Notes: a model not told the origin generated them from the letters alone. Counted from the stretch's first letter, positions 9,113-18,973 are shown. The stretch: DNA of 64,000 nt from an uncultured Planctomycetales bacterium (GCA_964401335.1 CAYNYK010000002.1:67630-131629); one strand, 5' to 3'. Translations and numbers: made by a program.

Positions 9113-9225
9113 GATCAGCCGTCAGTGATCAGCATTCAGTGGGCAGTGGTCGACTCTGCAACTGAGTGCCGAACACGGACGGCTGAATACTGACGGCTGA
9201 ATACTGACGGCTGAATACTGAATGT
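9113..9225. repeat. Tandem 14-nt repeat GACGGCTGAATACT x3, preceded by GATCAGC-type words
   Basis: Exact copies at 9178-9191, 9192-9205 and 9206-9219, then a partial copy. The upstream sequence gatcagccgtcagtgatcagcattcagtggg shares words with the 1042-1128 repeat. Confidence 0.75.
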
Positions 9226-9481
9226 GCGGGCCGCCTTTAATCCCGGCAAGTATGCCGCCGAGGCCAAATTCAAGGCCGCCTTGACACCGACAACGACTTG
9301 TTTCTATGCCCTGTATTTCGAGGAGAAAATGAACGCGATCTTCGTAACGATGCTTATAGTTATAACTGGCAGAAGCTGGGCAATCCCATGATGTTCTTCA
9401 GATATCCGTATGCCCGCCAGCCCCCTCTTCTATCGCCCTTCGGCAGGTCGATGAATCGATGCGTCGCGCGCTGGCCTCGCG

Positions 9482-10609
9482 CTATCCCCGGGCCAGACGA
9501 CAGAGGATTTCGCAGCCCTGGCGGATCTTCTCGTCGGTGGTGGCGTAGCTCAGCCGGAAGTGGGTTTTCTTCTCGCTGAAGACCGAGCCGGGAATAATCA
9601 GCACATGGTGGGCGATGGCCTGTTCGACAAAGGCGAAATCATCCTCAAATCGTCGGGGAATACGCGGGAAGATGTAAAATCCGCCGCCGGGCCGGGCCAG
9701 TTCAAAATCTTTTTCCAGCAAGGAGACCGCAAGATCGCGCTTACGGCGGTAATCGTTGACGTGCCCGCTGATGTCCGCGTCGAGGGCGGCCAGCCCCGCC
9801 CATTGCACCATGCTGGGCGCGCATACGAATGTATACTGCTGCAGCTTGGTCATCTCCTCGATCAGCCATTTCGGGCCGGCCGCGCTGCCGAGCCGCCAGC
9901 CGGTCATCCCGTAGCTCTTGCCGAACCCGCGCAGCAACAGCGTGCGCTGCGGCGCGTAACGCGTGCCGCCCGGACACGGTCCGTCGTAGCAAAGTTGGTT
10001 GTAAATCTCGTCGATCAGCAAAATCAGATTATGGCGTTCGGCCAGATCGGCCGCCGCCCGCAATTCCTCATCGTTCAACACCATTCCAGTCGGATTACTC
10101 GGCGTGGCAATGACCAGTATCTTGGTTTTCGGCGTGATGGCCGCCTCGAAGCGGGCCGGGTCGAAACGAAAATCAGGATAGGTATCGACAAATACCGGCA
10201 CTCCACCCACCAGGCGCACGGCGTATTTATAGATCACGAAATACGGATCGCCCATCACTACCTGATCGCCCGGATCGAGCAAGGCCATGAGGGCCAGCAG
10301 GATGCCTCCGGACACACCCGAGGTAATCAGCACCGGCAAATCCTGGCCGGTCTGGGCCTTGATCTCGGCGGCGATCCGCTCGCGTAAAGGAGCGATTCCC
10401 TGCGTAACGGTATAACCGTTTTTCCCGTCGGCGATGGCCTGGATGGCCGCCTGCTTGACCGATCCGGGCACATCGAAGTCCGGCTGCCCGATGGACAGGT
10501 TGATGGGATCCTTCAGCTTCACGCCCAGATCGAAAACCTTGCGGATCCCGGAGGCATCCACGGATCGACTGCGCGCGGAAAGAAAACGCTCGGCGTTCGG
10601 CTCGGACAT
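9482..10609 (-). CDS. Pyridoxal-phosphate-dependent class I/II aminotransferase
   Basis: SIGQPDFDVP, PSNPTGMV and GFGKSYGMTGWRLG (PLP lysine) motifs. I prefer the ATG at 10609 (MSEPNAERF...) over the start at 10657. Confidence 0.9.
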   Translation of the reverse strand: MSEPNAERFLSARSRSVDASGIRKVFDLGVKLKDPINLSIGQPDFDVPGSVKQAAIQAIADGKNGYTVTQGIAPLRERIAAEIKAQTGQDLPVLITSGVSGGILLALMALLDPGDQVVMGDPYFVIYKYAVRLVGGVPVFVDTYPDFRFDPARFEAAITPKTKILVIATPSNPTGMVLNDEELRAAADLAERHNLILLIDEIYNQLCYDGPCPGGTRYAPQRTLLLRGFGKSYGMTGWRLGSAAGPKWLIEEMTKLQQYTFVCAPSMVQWAGLAALDADISGHVNDYRRKRDLAVSLLEKDFELARPGGGFYIFPRIPRRFEDDFAFVEQAIAHHVLIIPGSVFSEKKTHFRLSYATTDEKIRQGCEILCRLARG

Positions 10610-10669
10610 AAAGTTGGATCCTTGCTGGCTCGAAGGGGTCCGAAACGGCGGACCCACCGGAAAAGTTCA

Positions 10670-10936
10670 TCACTTCTTGGCGGCCGGTTTGCTCTCGGCG
10701 GCCGGTTTGGCCTCGGCGGCGGCCGCGGCTTCGCCTTCGGCGCCCTCGGCCTTCTTCTTTTCCTTCTTGCCGACCTTGACATTGCGATTGGCCACCTTCG
10801 GCAGGCCGAACACGCTGGCCTTGTCTTTTTCCCAGCGCTCCTGCTCGGTCAGCCGGGCAATGCGTTCGGCCCGCGAAAGCACGTTACGATGACGGGATAG
10901 TGAACGAGCGGATTTAAGCGATCGATCCATTGACAT
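10670..10936 (-). CDS. Small basic protein (TIGR04137-like family, from memory)
   Basis: 88 aa: MSMDRSLKSARSLSRHRNVLSRAERIARLTEQERW...GLPKV, then a K/A/E-rich tail. AGGAG RBS. The family assignment is recalled, not searched. Confidence 0.65.
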   Translation of the reverse strand: MSMDRSLKSARSLSRHRNVLSRAERIARLTEQERWEKDKASVFGLPKVANRNVKVGKKEKKKAEGAEGEAAAAAEAKPAAESKPAAKK

Positions 10937-10963
10937 CGAAGAACAACTCCTGTAGTTAAAACC

Positions 10964-11905
10964 TCATGGCTCTCTAAAAACGTAGGGGGCGTGAAAACTG
11001 TATTGGGCTTTACCGGCAAACTCCTGTTTGTATTTCTTGCCCAACTCGACGATTTTTTTGCAATACGGTTCGGCGGCATCTTTTCCCGAAAAACCGTCCA
11101 CACTGATCAGAACCAACCGACCACTTTCCGTTCGATCCAAAGTCGCTAGGATGCCCTGATTTTTGAGCCAATCGCGAGCGGTTTCGGCTTCCTGCCGATG
11201 CTGCAATTGAAAACTTTCTATCACCACATAATTCCGCCCTGAAACCCTACCGGTTTCAGCTAACGCGGCCGTCGGCGTGACCGACCTTTCGGCCGCCCCG
11301 GGCGATCGACGCGTTTCCTGAACGGCTTTCACTGGCGACGAGGAATCAACCGACAAGGCTCGCGGCTGGGGCGGCTGACCTATCGCTTCGTCGATTTCCG
11401 GGCTGCCGGTCGTTTCGAGGGGTTCCGGCAAATTGGTAAGCTCGGCGGACCTATGGCCCATCGCGCCAATAAAATAGCTTACCAAGACCAGTACGATCAG
11501 CATGAAAGTTATGACAGCTATATTAACATAATTCAATGATAAATTAACTCGCCCGCGATCAACACTTAGGATTTTTCCTGATCCGGGCGAGAAAATATCC
11601 TTTGTTTCCACGCCCATGGTCCCGACTCGGCTCACCGGAACCTGCGTCTCGGTCGGGCTGCAAGATTCTATCGGTTTCACCTCCGCGGCGGTCGGTTGCT
11701 CAACCTGAGTGGCGGCCTGGACAGGCGTTTCCGGAACTGACTGAACCGGTTCGGCAGGCTCGGCCTTACCCTCTACGGGCTTGTCTGGCGGGCTTTGTTG
11801 CCCGCGTTTCCACCAGCGGGGCAGTTCCAACCGCCCCGTACGTGGGGCCTTCTGCTTCTGGTCGATCAGCTCAAAAAGCGCAGGAGCGTGTTTCGATTTT
11901 GGCAT
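10964..11905 (-). CDS. Membrane protein with a C-terminal SPOR-like domain
   Basis: 313 aa with an AGGAGG RBS. Central TM helix (IAVITFMLIVLVLVSYFIGAM). The C-terminal roughly 90 aa (NYVVIESFQLQHRQEAETARDWLKNQGILATL...ISVDGFSG) resemble a SPOR/RNP-like fold. Confidence 0.7.
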   Translation of the reverse strand: MPKSKHAPALFELIDQKQKAPRTGRLELPRWWKRGQQSPPDKPVEGKAEPAEPVQSVPETPVQAATQVEQPTAAEVKPIESCSPTETQVPVSRVGTMGVETKDIFSPGSGKILSVDRGRVNLSLNYVNIAVITFMLIVLVLVSYFIGAMGHRSAELTNLPEPLETTGSPEIDEAIGQPPQPRALSVDSSSPVKAVQETRRSPGAAERSVTPTAALAETGRVSGRNYVVIESFQLQHRQEAETARDWLKNQGILATLDRTESGRLVLISVDGFSGKDAAEPYCKKIVELGKKYKQEFAGKAQYSFHAPYVFREP

Positions 11906-12103
11906 AATGGTATCCTCCTGCCTACAGGCCCTACAGCAGCGATCCTCACGCCTGTCTTTTGAGTAATACTAAGATAACGGATTTTCGCCTCCAATCAAGT
12001 CGGCTGTCCGATTTCCCGGCAGGGGCGGCCCGGCAGCCGATTGCCAAAACCGCCCGTATAGAGATAATCAATAAGGGCAACAGGCGGCGAAAACCGGTTT
12101 TCT

Positions 12104-13147
12104 ATGAGGTGGATTTTGACTGATAAACGGGCAAGCAGCGGTTTTTTCATGGCTTTATCGGCCTTGGCGCTAATTTTCTGCACCGGCTGCCCCGTGGTAG
12201 ATAACCGACCGGCCCCGGGGCAACTGATCAAGCAGAAGGAGCCTGAGTTTGGTCGGTTTTACCACCTCTACGTACCCTCCCGATACAACAAGGCCCGTTC
12301 GTGGCCTCTGGTCATTGCCTGCCACGGAACCAATCCATGGGATACCGCGGACCGGCAGATAGACCAGTGGAAAGGGCTGGCCGAGGAAAAGGGGTTTTTG
12401 GTCGCCGCCCCGGAACTGATCGGAACCAAAGGTGACTTTCCCCCTGCTCCCGACGAGCAAATCCGCCGCCAATTGGCCGACGAAAAGGTCATCCTTTCGG
12501 TCGTCCATGCGGTCCGCGCCGCCCGGCAGGTGGATGAAAGCCGCGTTTTTCTCACCGGCTGGTCCGCCGGTGCATACGCCGTGCTTTTCACCGGGCTACG
12601 TAATCCTGATATCTTCCGGGCCATCGCCGTCAGCCAGGGCAATTTCAAACCCGCTTTCGTCGAACCGTGCATCCCTTTCATTGACCGCTACCAGCCGGTG
12701 AAAATCGTTTACAACAGCGAAGACATCCTGGTCAAAGCCGATGCCCCGGCGTGTATCGAATGGTTGCGGACGCAGGGCATGCACCCCGTCGTACTTGAGC
12801 GACCGGGTATTCATAAGCGTGATCCGGAACCGATCTTCGAATTCTTCGTCGATTGTGCGCGTCGAATTCCCTGGATTCGTGTCTACGTCGAATACGATCC
12901 GGTGGACCCGATGCAGGTAATGTTCGGCGTGCGCTGCTCGTTCGAGCCGAAGGAATTCCTCTGGGATTTTGGTGATGAGACGCGAGCGTCGTTCCCGGCA
13001 CCCCGGCATCGTTACGAAAAACCGGGCCGCTACCTCGCCAAGGTGGCCTTGTGGGCGCCGAACGGGAAATCCTACGTCCGTCAGCTTAATCTCCAAGTTC
13101 CACCGGTTCGCCTGGGTGCGGCCGCCTCGGCCCCCGCAAGTCCGTAA
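12104..13147 (+). CDS. Lipoprotein: alpha/beta-hydrolase (esterase/PHB-depolymerase-like) fused to a PKD domain
   Basis: Lipobox-like ALIFCTGC. Nucleophile elbow GWSAG. C-terminal PKD-like FLWDFGDETRASFPAPRHRYEKPGRYLAKV. Confidence 0.8.
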   Translation: MRWILTDKRASSGFFMALSALALIFCTGCPVVDNRPAPGQLIKQKEPEFGRFYHLYVPSRYNKARSWPLVIACHGTNPWDTADRQIDQWKGLAEEKGFLVAAPELIGTKGDFPPAPDEQIRRQLADEKVILSVVHAVRAARQVDESRVFLTGWSAGAYAVLFTGLRNPDIFRAIAVSQGNFKPAFVEPCIPFIDRYQPVKIVYNSEDILVKADAPACIEWLRTQGMHPVVLERPGIHKRDPEPIFEFFVDCARRIPWIRVYVEYDPVDPMQVMFGVRCSFEPKEFLWDFGDETRASFPAPRHRYEKPGRYLAKVALWAPNGKSYVRQLNLQVPPVRLGAAASAPASP

Positions 13148-13190
13148 CTCGTGAAGGACCGGGACAAGGATCGCGCGGAAACGATTGCTT

Positions 13191-13667
13191 ATGAACGCCT
13201 ACCTGCTACATCGCGAGCAGACGATCCGGCGTCCGTTGGAGGAGGTTTTTGCATTTTTCGCGGATGCGACCCAACTGGAGAATATCACCCCGCCCTGGCT
13301 GTATTTTCGCATTCTGACCCCGCGACCGATCGAGATGCATACCGATACGATTATCCGCTACCTCATCCGGTGGCGCGGCCTGCCGCTCCTATGGCGTACA
13401 CGCATTCTGCTATGGCGTCCGCCGCGCATGTTCATTGACGTACAGGAGGCCGGACCCTATCGCGTCTGGCATCATACTCATCGGTTCGATTCGGTCCCCG
13501 AAGGTACTCGGATTATCGACACCTTGCGTTATGCCCCGCCGCTTGGTCCGCTCGGTGGCATCATGCATGCTTTATGGATTCGCCGCGATGTCGAGGCCAT
13601 CTTCGATTACCGCCATCAGCGCATCGCGGAAATCTTCGCGGACCAACCCGCCATGACGCCCGCGTGA
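13191..13667 (+). CDS. SRPBCC (START/cyclase-dehydrase-like) family protein
   Basis: LEEVFAFFADATQLENITPPWLYFRILT...GPYRVWHHTHRF matches the pattern I recall for COG4276-type SRPBCC proteins. ATG at 13191 preferred. Confidence 0.8.
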   Translation: MNAYLLHREQTIRRPLEEVFAFFADATQLENITPPWLYFRILTPRPIEMHTDTIIRYLIRWRGLPLLWRTRILLWRPPRMFIDVQEAGPYRVWHHTHRFDSVPEGTRIIDTLRYAPPLGPLGGIMHALWIRRDVEAIFDYRHQRIAEIFADQPAMTPA

Positions 13668-13717
13668 TGATCCGCAAAGATTGGCTTTTCCGCGAATAAC
13701 AATTAGGATATCCCAGC

Positions 13718-14536
13718 ATGGATGAACAAGCTTTGCGCAGACTGTTAAGCGGCATTCGGGACCGGCGGGTTTCCCTTGAGGAAGCGATACGGTCCTTTCG
13801 CAACCTGCCTTTCGAGGACCTGGGTTTCGCCAAGGTCGATCACCATCGCTCCCTGCGTTGCGGTTTTCCCGAAGTCATTTACTGTGCCGGCAAGACTACC
13901 GCGCAGGTCGTGGAAATCTTCGAGCGGCGACGGGTCGGCGGCGGCAACGTGCTGGCTACCCGCGCTTCCGCCGAGGTGGCCCGGGCCATCCGCCGCAAGG
14001 TTCGCAAGGCATGTTATAACCCGATCGCGCAAACCGTCGTATTGCGGCAGAACCCCGCCCGTCCGACCGATCATTACGTGGCCATCGTTTGCGCCGGCAC
14101 CTCCGACATGCCTATCGCCGAGGAAGCCCGGGAAACCTGCGAGATCATGGACCAGCCGACCCGCTCATTCTACGACGTGGGCGTCGCCGGGATTCATCGT
14201 CTGCTGGCTCATGCCGCGGAGTTGAATGAGGCCAAAGCGGTGGTCGTCTGCGCGGGGATGGAAGGCGCGCTGGCCAGCGTCGTCGGCGGGCTGGTGCCCT
14301 GCCCGGTGATCGCCGTACCGACCAGTATCGGTTACGGAGCCAGCTTCGGCGGCCTGGCTCCGCTGCTGACCATGCTCAACAGTTGCGCCGCCGGAGTGGC
14401 CGTCGTGAATATCGATAACGGCTTCGGCGCCGGCTACATGGCCGCCCTTATCGCCCGATCCGGGGATCCTCTCATATACTCCCGCAAACGAGGCAAAACT
14501 CATATCCATCAAAAAGCAAGGAAACGCTCGTCCTGA
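13718..14536 (+). CDS. larB: Nickel-pincer cofactor biosynthesis protein LarB (NCAIR-mutase/PurE-like)
   Basis: AKVDHHRSLRCGFPEVIYCAGKT followed by a PurE-like domain (VAIVCAGTSDMPIAEEA...CAGMEGALASVVGG). Confidence 0.85.
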   Translation: MDEQALRRLLSGIRDRRVSLEEAIRSFRNLPFEDLGFAKVDHHRSLRCGFPEVIYCAGKTTAQVVEIFERRRVGGGNVLATRASAEVARAIRRKVRKACYNPIAQTVVLRQNPARPTDHYVAIVCAGTSDMPIAEEARETCEIMDQPTRSFYDVGVAGIHRLLAHAAELNEAKAVVVCAGMEGALASVVGGLVPCPVIAVPTSIGYGASFGGLAPLLTMLNSCAAGVAVVNIDNGFGAGYMAALIARSGDPLIYSRKRGKTHIHQKARKRSS

Positions 14537-14750
14537 AGCCGCAAGTCATGTAAAGCATTTAGCGGAAGGATTTACACGCGGCGAGGCGGCATTCCCCGGT
14601 GCATCATGGAATGACGCAGGCTCCCTTCGTCCGCGGTAGCCGGTATATGAAATTTGAGATTTGACGAGGCCGTATCAGAACCGGAAGCGGCAGCCCGGCC
14701 GAATGCGGTAGATTCTGGCCCGACGGAAGAGTAGGCTTCCAGGCCTTGCA

Positions 14751-15689
14751 TCATTCGGATTCGACAAGGTCTTCAGAACCGGAAGCAACGTGATCAACCA
14801 GTCTGCTGAAACCAAGTTGGTCAGGGCTCATGCCCAGTTCCTCGAAATTGAAAGGCCGGCCGCACTCGGGACAACGCATCACGGTCAAGCCGAAAAGATA
14901 GTAGTCGCATTGCGGGCAATGACCACTGGGACGCTTGCGCAGCCGGCAGGTCAGGAGCAGCCAAACGGTTCGCCGCCAGCCGTGACCGGCCAAGGCCCGG
15001 GCCTCGCCAATCGACGAAAACAGAAGCAGGCAGGAGGCCACAAAAGAGACATGGACGCCGTAACGGATATTCACTGAGGATTGGAACAGCCAATAAGCGA
15101 ACCATACGGAAGCGGCCAACGTCGCGATGAATATGTGGCTGATGAAACGTAACGAGCGAAGGGGAATGGTGGCGATCATGTATGCCAAGACCAGTAACGG
15201 GGCAAACAAGTAACCGATATAAAACAGTAGAGAGACATAGATATCTTGAAAGGTCGGCAGATCACCCATGCTGATAGTACCTATTAACAAGACAGCCAAT
15301 AACAGAAGACAATCCCCCAGAATGAGTATGGCGACAGCCTTCGTGCATAACCTGGATAAACCGTCAAAGGAAATCAATCTGAAAACAGCGTGAAGAGCGA
15401 TCAGGAAACCCAATAGATATGCGGGAATGTAAAGACCTAGGAGTAAAAGATACTGGCCGATGGATTCCAAAGAGCCATCGCTCGCATGGATGGCCCCCGC
15501 CACATTCACCGCCAGGAACGCGGGACTGTAATTAACAGAACATCCTTGGATGGAAATGGCAGGTAGAAAGAACGTCGCCGCCAGGAGGAGTCCGGAAGTA
15601 GTACTCAGGATCCGCCACGGCCGGGCTCGTCGCTCGCGATCATCAGACGATGGAGGCATTGCGGCGGATTGGGTTGCTTCCCGAGTCAT
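14751..15689 (-). CDS. Polytopic membrane protein with a C-terminal zinc ribbon
   Basis: About six predicted TM helices, then CPQCDYYLFGLTVMRCPECGRPF. Confidence 0.7.
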   Translation of the reverse strand: MTREATQSAAMPPSSDDRERRARPWRILSTTSGLLLAATFFLPAISIQGCSVNYSPAFLAVNVAGAIHASDGSLESIGQYLLLLGLYIPAYLLGFLIALHAVFRLISFDGLSRLCTKAVAILILGDCLLLLAVLLIGTISMGDLPTFQDIYVSLLFYIGYLFAPLLVLAYMIATIPLRSLRFISHIFIATLAASVWFAYWLFQSSVNIRYGVHVSFVASCLLLFSSIGEARALAGHGWRRTVWLLLTCRLRKRPSGHCPQCDYYLFGLTVMRCPECGRPFNFEELGMSPDQLGFSRLVDHVASGSEDLVESE

Positions 15690-15980
15690 GGGTGGGAATT
15701 ATATCCAGAGAGGCTTATCAACGCGACGAGAAAAGGCGGTTGATGAAACATTTCAGCGTCGAAGCGATGCACGGGCAGGCTCCGGTACTCCGGGGTTTGC
15801 CCGTGTATAACCCGCAAGTAGACTGACATCGCATGTCCTGGCGCGCCGGAGTTTCATGATGATTGCGAGGTTGATCGCCTTCGTATCCTCGCTGCCGCTG
15901 TTGATGTCAGTCTGCGGTTCCGTTACAGTATTAAGTGGGCAGCCAACGCTCTTGGGCATCGTGGATTGGGAGGCTAAATT

Positions 15981-16193
15981 GTGCGTGCTTTACGGGTCAT
16001 GAAAAGAGTTGATCAGGCAGGCATGATTCAACTCCAGGATCTGCCTTTGCCGGCCGGGCAAATGGTCGAAGTGATCCTGCTCCCTATTGACGATGACATG
16101 ACCGACCTGGCCCAGGCGAGCGAATCCGCCCTCGAGTTCTGGAACAATGAAATTGATGACCGGGTCTGGAACGATGCCCTATCGTCAACGTGA
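15981..16193 (+). CDS. Putative antitoxin partner of the MazF-like toxin
   Basis: 70 aa with an acidic C-terminus (SESALEFWNNEIDDRVWNDA). Overlaps the toxin start by 20 nt. Confidence 0.55.
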   Translation: MRALRVMKRVDQAGMIQLQDLPLPAGQMVEVILLPIDDDMTDLAQASESALEFWNNEIDDRVWNDALSST

Positions 16194-16545
16194 GATACTC
16201 CTGGTTCCCATACCGTTCAGCGACCTGACCAGCCGGAAGGTCCGCCCCGTTGTGGTATTATCCAATGATGTCTATAACTGCGGTGGCCCCGACCTGCTCG
16301 TCGCGGGTATCACCTCGAACGTATCCTCCCGACCCTACACCGTCGGACTGGACACGCCGCAGTTGGAGCAAGGGGCGATAAGGCACCCGAGCATGGTGCG
16401 GGCGGACAAGATCTTCAGCATCGATCAAGCGATCATCCTTAAATCCATCGGTATCGTGCGTCAAACTACGTTTGAGCAGATTCGTCAGCAGGTTCGCGAC
16501 TTGATAGGGGACGCCCGACTCGATGAGGATGCGCAAAATCTTTGA
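16174..16545 (+). CDS. mazF: MazF/PemK-family type II toxin (mRNA interferase)
   Basis: MPYRQREILLVPIPFSDLTSRKVRPVVVLSND...MVRADKIFSIDQ matches the PemK/MazF SH3-like fold signature. ATG at 16174. Confidence 0.8.
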   Translation: MPYRQREILLVPIPFSDLTSRKVRPVVVLSNDVYNCGGPDLLVAGITSNVSSRPYTVGLDTPQLEQGAIRHPSMVRADKIFSIDQAIILKSIGIVRQTTFEQIRQQVRDLIGDARLDEDAQNL

Positions 16546-16723
16546 TTCGGACAAAAACGACAGACTCCTGTCGATTCGAGGGTATCTCTTCTGGCCGGCC
16601 GACAAATGTTTGGGGTTGGCTGGGGTATTCGATAGAATGTCTCGACAGGACTGAATACACCTTCTGCAAATCGCCGGACGGATTCCGGCAAACGAGGCAA
16701 ATGTCGTGGCTGTCTACAAACAA

Positions 16724-17707
16724 ATGAGTATCATCCGCGCGATCCCATCGCCACCGCGGCGGGCGGCCGATGTCCATAAAGGCGATTGCGGCCGCGTGCT
16801 GGTCCTGGCCGGCAGCCTGGGCATGTCCGGCGCGCCCGCGTTGGTCGGACTGGCGGCCTTGCGCAGCGGCGCGGGGCTGGTCACCATCGCCGTGCCTCGT
16901 GGCATTCAGCAGGCGGTGGCCACTTGCTGTCCGTGTGCGACCACCATCGGCCTGCCGGAAACGCCCACCGGCCAGATCGACCCGCAAGCGGCACGATCAT
17001 TATTCAAGGACATGGGCCTGCTCGACCCGGCGCCGGCCGGTAATCCACCGGACTGCCTTCTGACCGGCCCGGGTATCGGGCGCGGCGACGGCCGCTATGG
17101 CCGCGATTTCTGGGAACTGATCAACGCCTTCCGCAACGGCCCGCTGGTCCCGGCGGTGATCGATGCCGACGCTCTGAACCTGACCGAAAAATCCAAACCG
17201 GATCGGCCTGACGGCTGGGACGGCCAGTTCCATTTCCGAACCGTCATCACTCCTCATCCCGGCGAACTGGCTCGTATGCACGGCGTTTCCACCCGCGAGA
17301 TCCAGGCGGATCGTCGCGAGTACGCCATCCGCACCGCCCGAATGATGAAGGCCAGCCACGATTCCCTGGAATACACGCCGACCGTTGTCCTCAAAGGTGC
17401 CGGAACAGTGGTCACCGATGGCCAACGGATGTATACAAACCGCACGGGCAATCCCGGCATGGCCACCGGCGGCAGCGGCGATGTGCTCACCGGGATCATC
17501 GGCGCGTTGATCGGCCAGGGTATGGACAGCTTCGAGGCGGCCGTCACCGGCGTTTACGTGCATGGCCTTGCCGGCGACCTGGCCGCCCAAAAGATCGGCC
17601 AGATCAGCCTGATCGCCACCGACCTGATCGATGCTTTGCCGCAGGCGTTCATGAAAATCACGCGATCTCGAAAGAAAACCGCCGCGCGCCGATCGACGGG
17701 CGGGTGA
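16724..17707 (+). CDS. nnrD: ADP-dependent NAD(P)H-hydrate dehydratase (YjeF C-terminal type)
   Basis: HKGDCGRVLVLAGSLGMSGAPALVGLAALRSGAGLV and GGSGDVLTGIIGAL motifs. ATG at 16724 preferred over GTG at 16706. Confidence 0.88.
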   Translation: MSIIRAIPSPPRRAADVHKGDCGRVLVLAGSLGMSGAPALVGLAALRSGAGLVTIAVPRGIQQAVATCCPCATTIGLPETPTGQIDPQAARSLFKDMGLLDPAPAGNPPDCLLTGPGIGRGDGRYGRDFWELINAFRNGPLVPAVIDADALNLTEKSKPDRPDGWDGQFHFRTVITPHPGELARMHGVSTREIQADRREYAIRTARMMKASHDSLEYTPTVVLKGAGTVVTDGQRMYTNRTGNPGMATGGSGDVLTGIIGALIGQGMDSFEAAVTGVYVHGLAGDLAAQKIGQISLIATDLIDALPQAFMKITRSRKKTAARRSTGG

Positions 17708-17715
17708 GTAACATC

Positions 17716-18852
17716 ATGCGTCGTCAAATCGCCGATCTACCCCTGCATGGAGGCAAAGCCCCCGACTGGTTGTTCCAACGTATGCACCGGCTGGCCGGCT
17801 CGATCATTCAATTGATTGTCGCTGACGTCGGGCCGGGCGAGATGCTCAATCGCCTGGCTGACCCGCTGTGGTTCCAGGCCTTCGGCTGCGTACTCGGTTT
17901 CGACTGGCATTCCAGCGGGTTAACTACCGTGACCTGCGGGGCGGTCAAGGAGGCTTACCGGCGGATGGGTCCGAACCTCGGCATCCACGTGGCCGGCGGC
18001 AAAGGCGGCGTCTCCCGCAAAACGCCCGAGCACATCGCCCGCGTCGCCGACCGCCGGGCTTTGCAGGGCGACCGTCTGATCTACGCCTCGCGGACGGCCG
18101 CCAAGGTGGACAGTGCCGCCGTGCAGGACGGGTACCAAATCTATACCCACCATTTTTTCTTCAGCGACGACAACGAATGGTGCGTCGTGCAGCAGGGCAT
18201 GAATGAAACTGAGGGCTACGCCCGCCGTTATCACTGGCTGGGCAATACGGTGCGCGATTTCGTTTGCGAGCCACACAACGCCGTCGCCTCGCCGCCGAGC
18301 ACAAGCCCCGACCTGCTGAACATGGTCGCGGGCGAGGCCGGACCGTCGCGGGAACGTTCGGCCGAACTGGCCCGCATGAATCCGGATCGACTCTTGCGTG
18401 AAATCACCGTCGGCCCGTCGCTTTTTCTGCCGGCCCATCATGCGGTCCATGATTCGGATATCAATCCTCAGAGATTGGGTAAAATCCTGCGACTGGTGCA
18501 CGAACGTCAGCCGGCCGACTTCGAAGCCCTGCTCGGCGTACCCGGCGTGGGGCCCAGGACCGTCCGTAGCCTGGCCCTGATCGCCGAACTGATCTACGGA
18601 GCTGCGGCCTGCCGCAAGGACCTCACCCGACGATGGAATCCTCGTGACCCGGCAACCTTCAGTTACGCGCACGGCGGCAAGGACGGATACCCCTTCCCGA
18701 TCGATCGGCCGACCTATGACCGCTCCATCGCCCTGCTCGAACAAGCCATCCGGCGGGTGAAAGGCGATCCGGCGAGCAAGGACCAGGCGCTGCTGCGTCT
18801 GGCTCGGATCATGGAACACCAAGGCCAACGTGCGATGGGATCCGCTGACTGA
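17716..18852 (+). CDS. DUF763 domain protein
   Basis: MRRQIADLPLHGGKAPDWLFQRMHRLA...FGCVLGFDWHSSGLTTV matches the DUF763 N-terminus as I recall it. The start region overlaps the nnrD stop. Confidence 0.8.
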   Translation: MRRQIADLPLHGGKAPDWLFQRMHRLAGSIIQLIVADVGPGEMLNRLADPLWFQAFGCVLGFDWHSSGLTTVTCGAVKEAYRRMGPNLGIHVAGGKGGVSRKTPEHIARVADRRALQGDRLIYASRTAAKVDSAAVQDGYQIYTHHFFFSDDNEWCVVQQGMNETEGYARRYHWLGNTVRDFVCEPHNAVASPPSTSPDLLNMVAGEAGPSRERSAELARMNPDRLLREITVGPSLFLPAHHAVHDSDINPQRLGKILRLVHERQPADFEALLGVPGVGPRTVRSLALIAELIYGAAACRKDLTRRWNPRDPATFSYAHGGKDGYPFPIDRPTYDRSIALLEQAIRRVKGDPASKDQALLRLARIMEHQGQRAMGSAD

Positions 18853-18973
18853 ATCCGCATCGTGAATGCCGGAGGGACGGAGCGATGGAGAGAAAGAGCA
18901 GCGAGGTAGTACTCCTGTTCAGGGAAAGTTATTCCCAAACCGGGCAAGGAGACCAACCGCCACATGCCACATC

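Noticed and set aside
17920-18828. 302-aa minus-strand ORF, and similar long antisense ORFs at 9560-10387, 33196-33792, 25505-26377 and 31195-32130
   Set aside because: Each lies opposite a gene with recognisable family motifs and shows Arg/Gly/Pro-rich shadow composition. I did not call them as genes.
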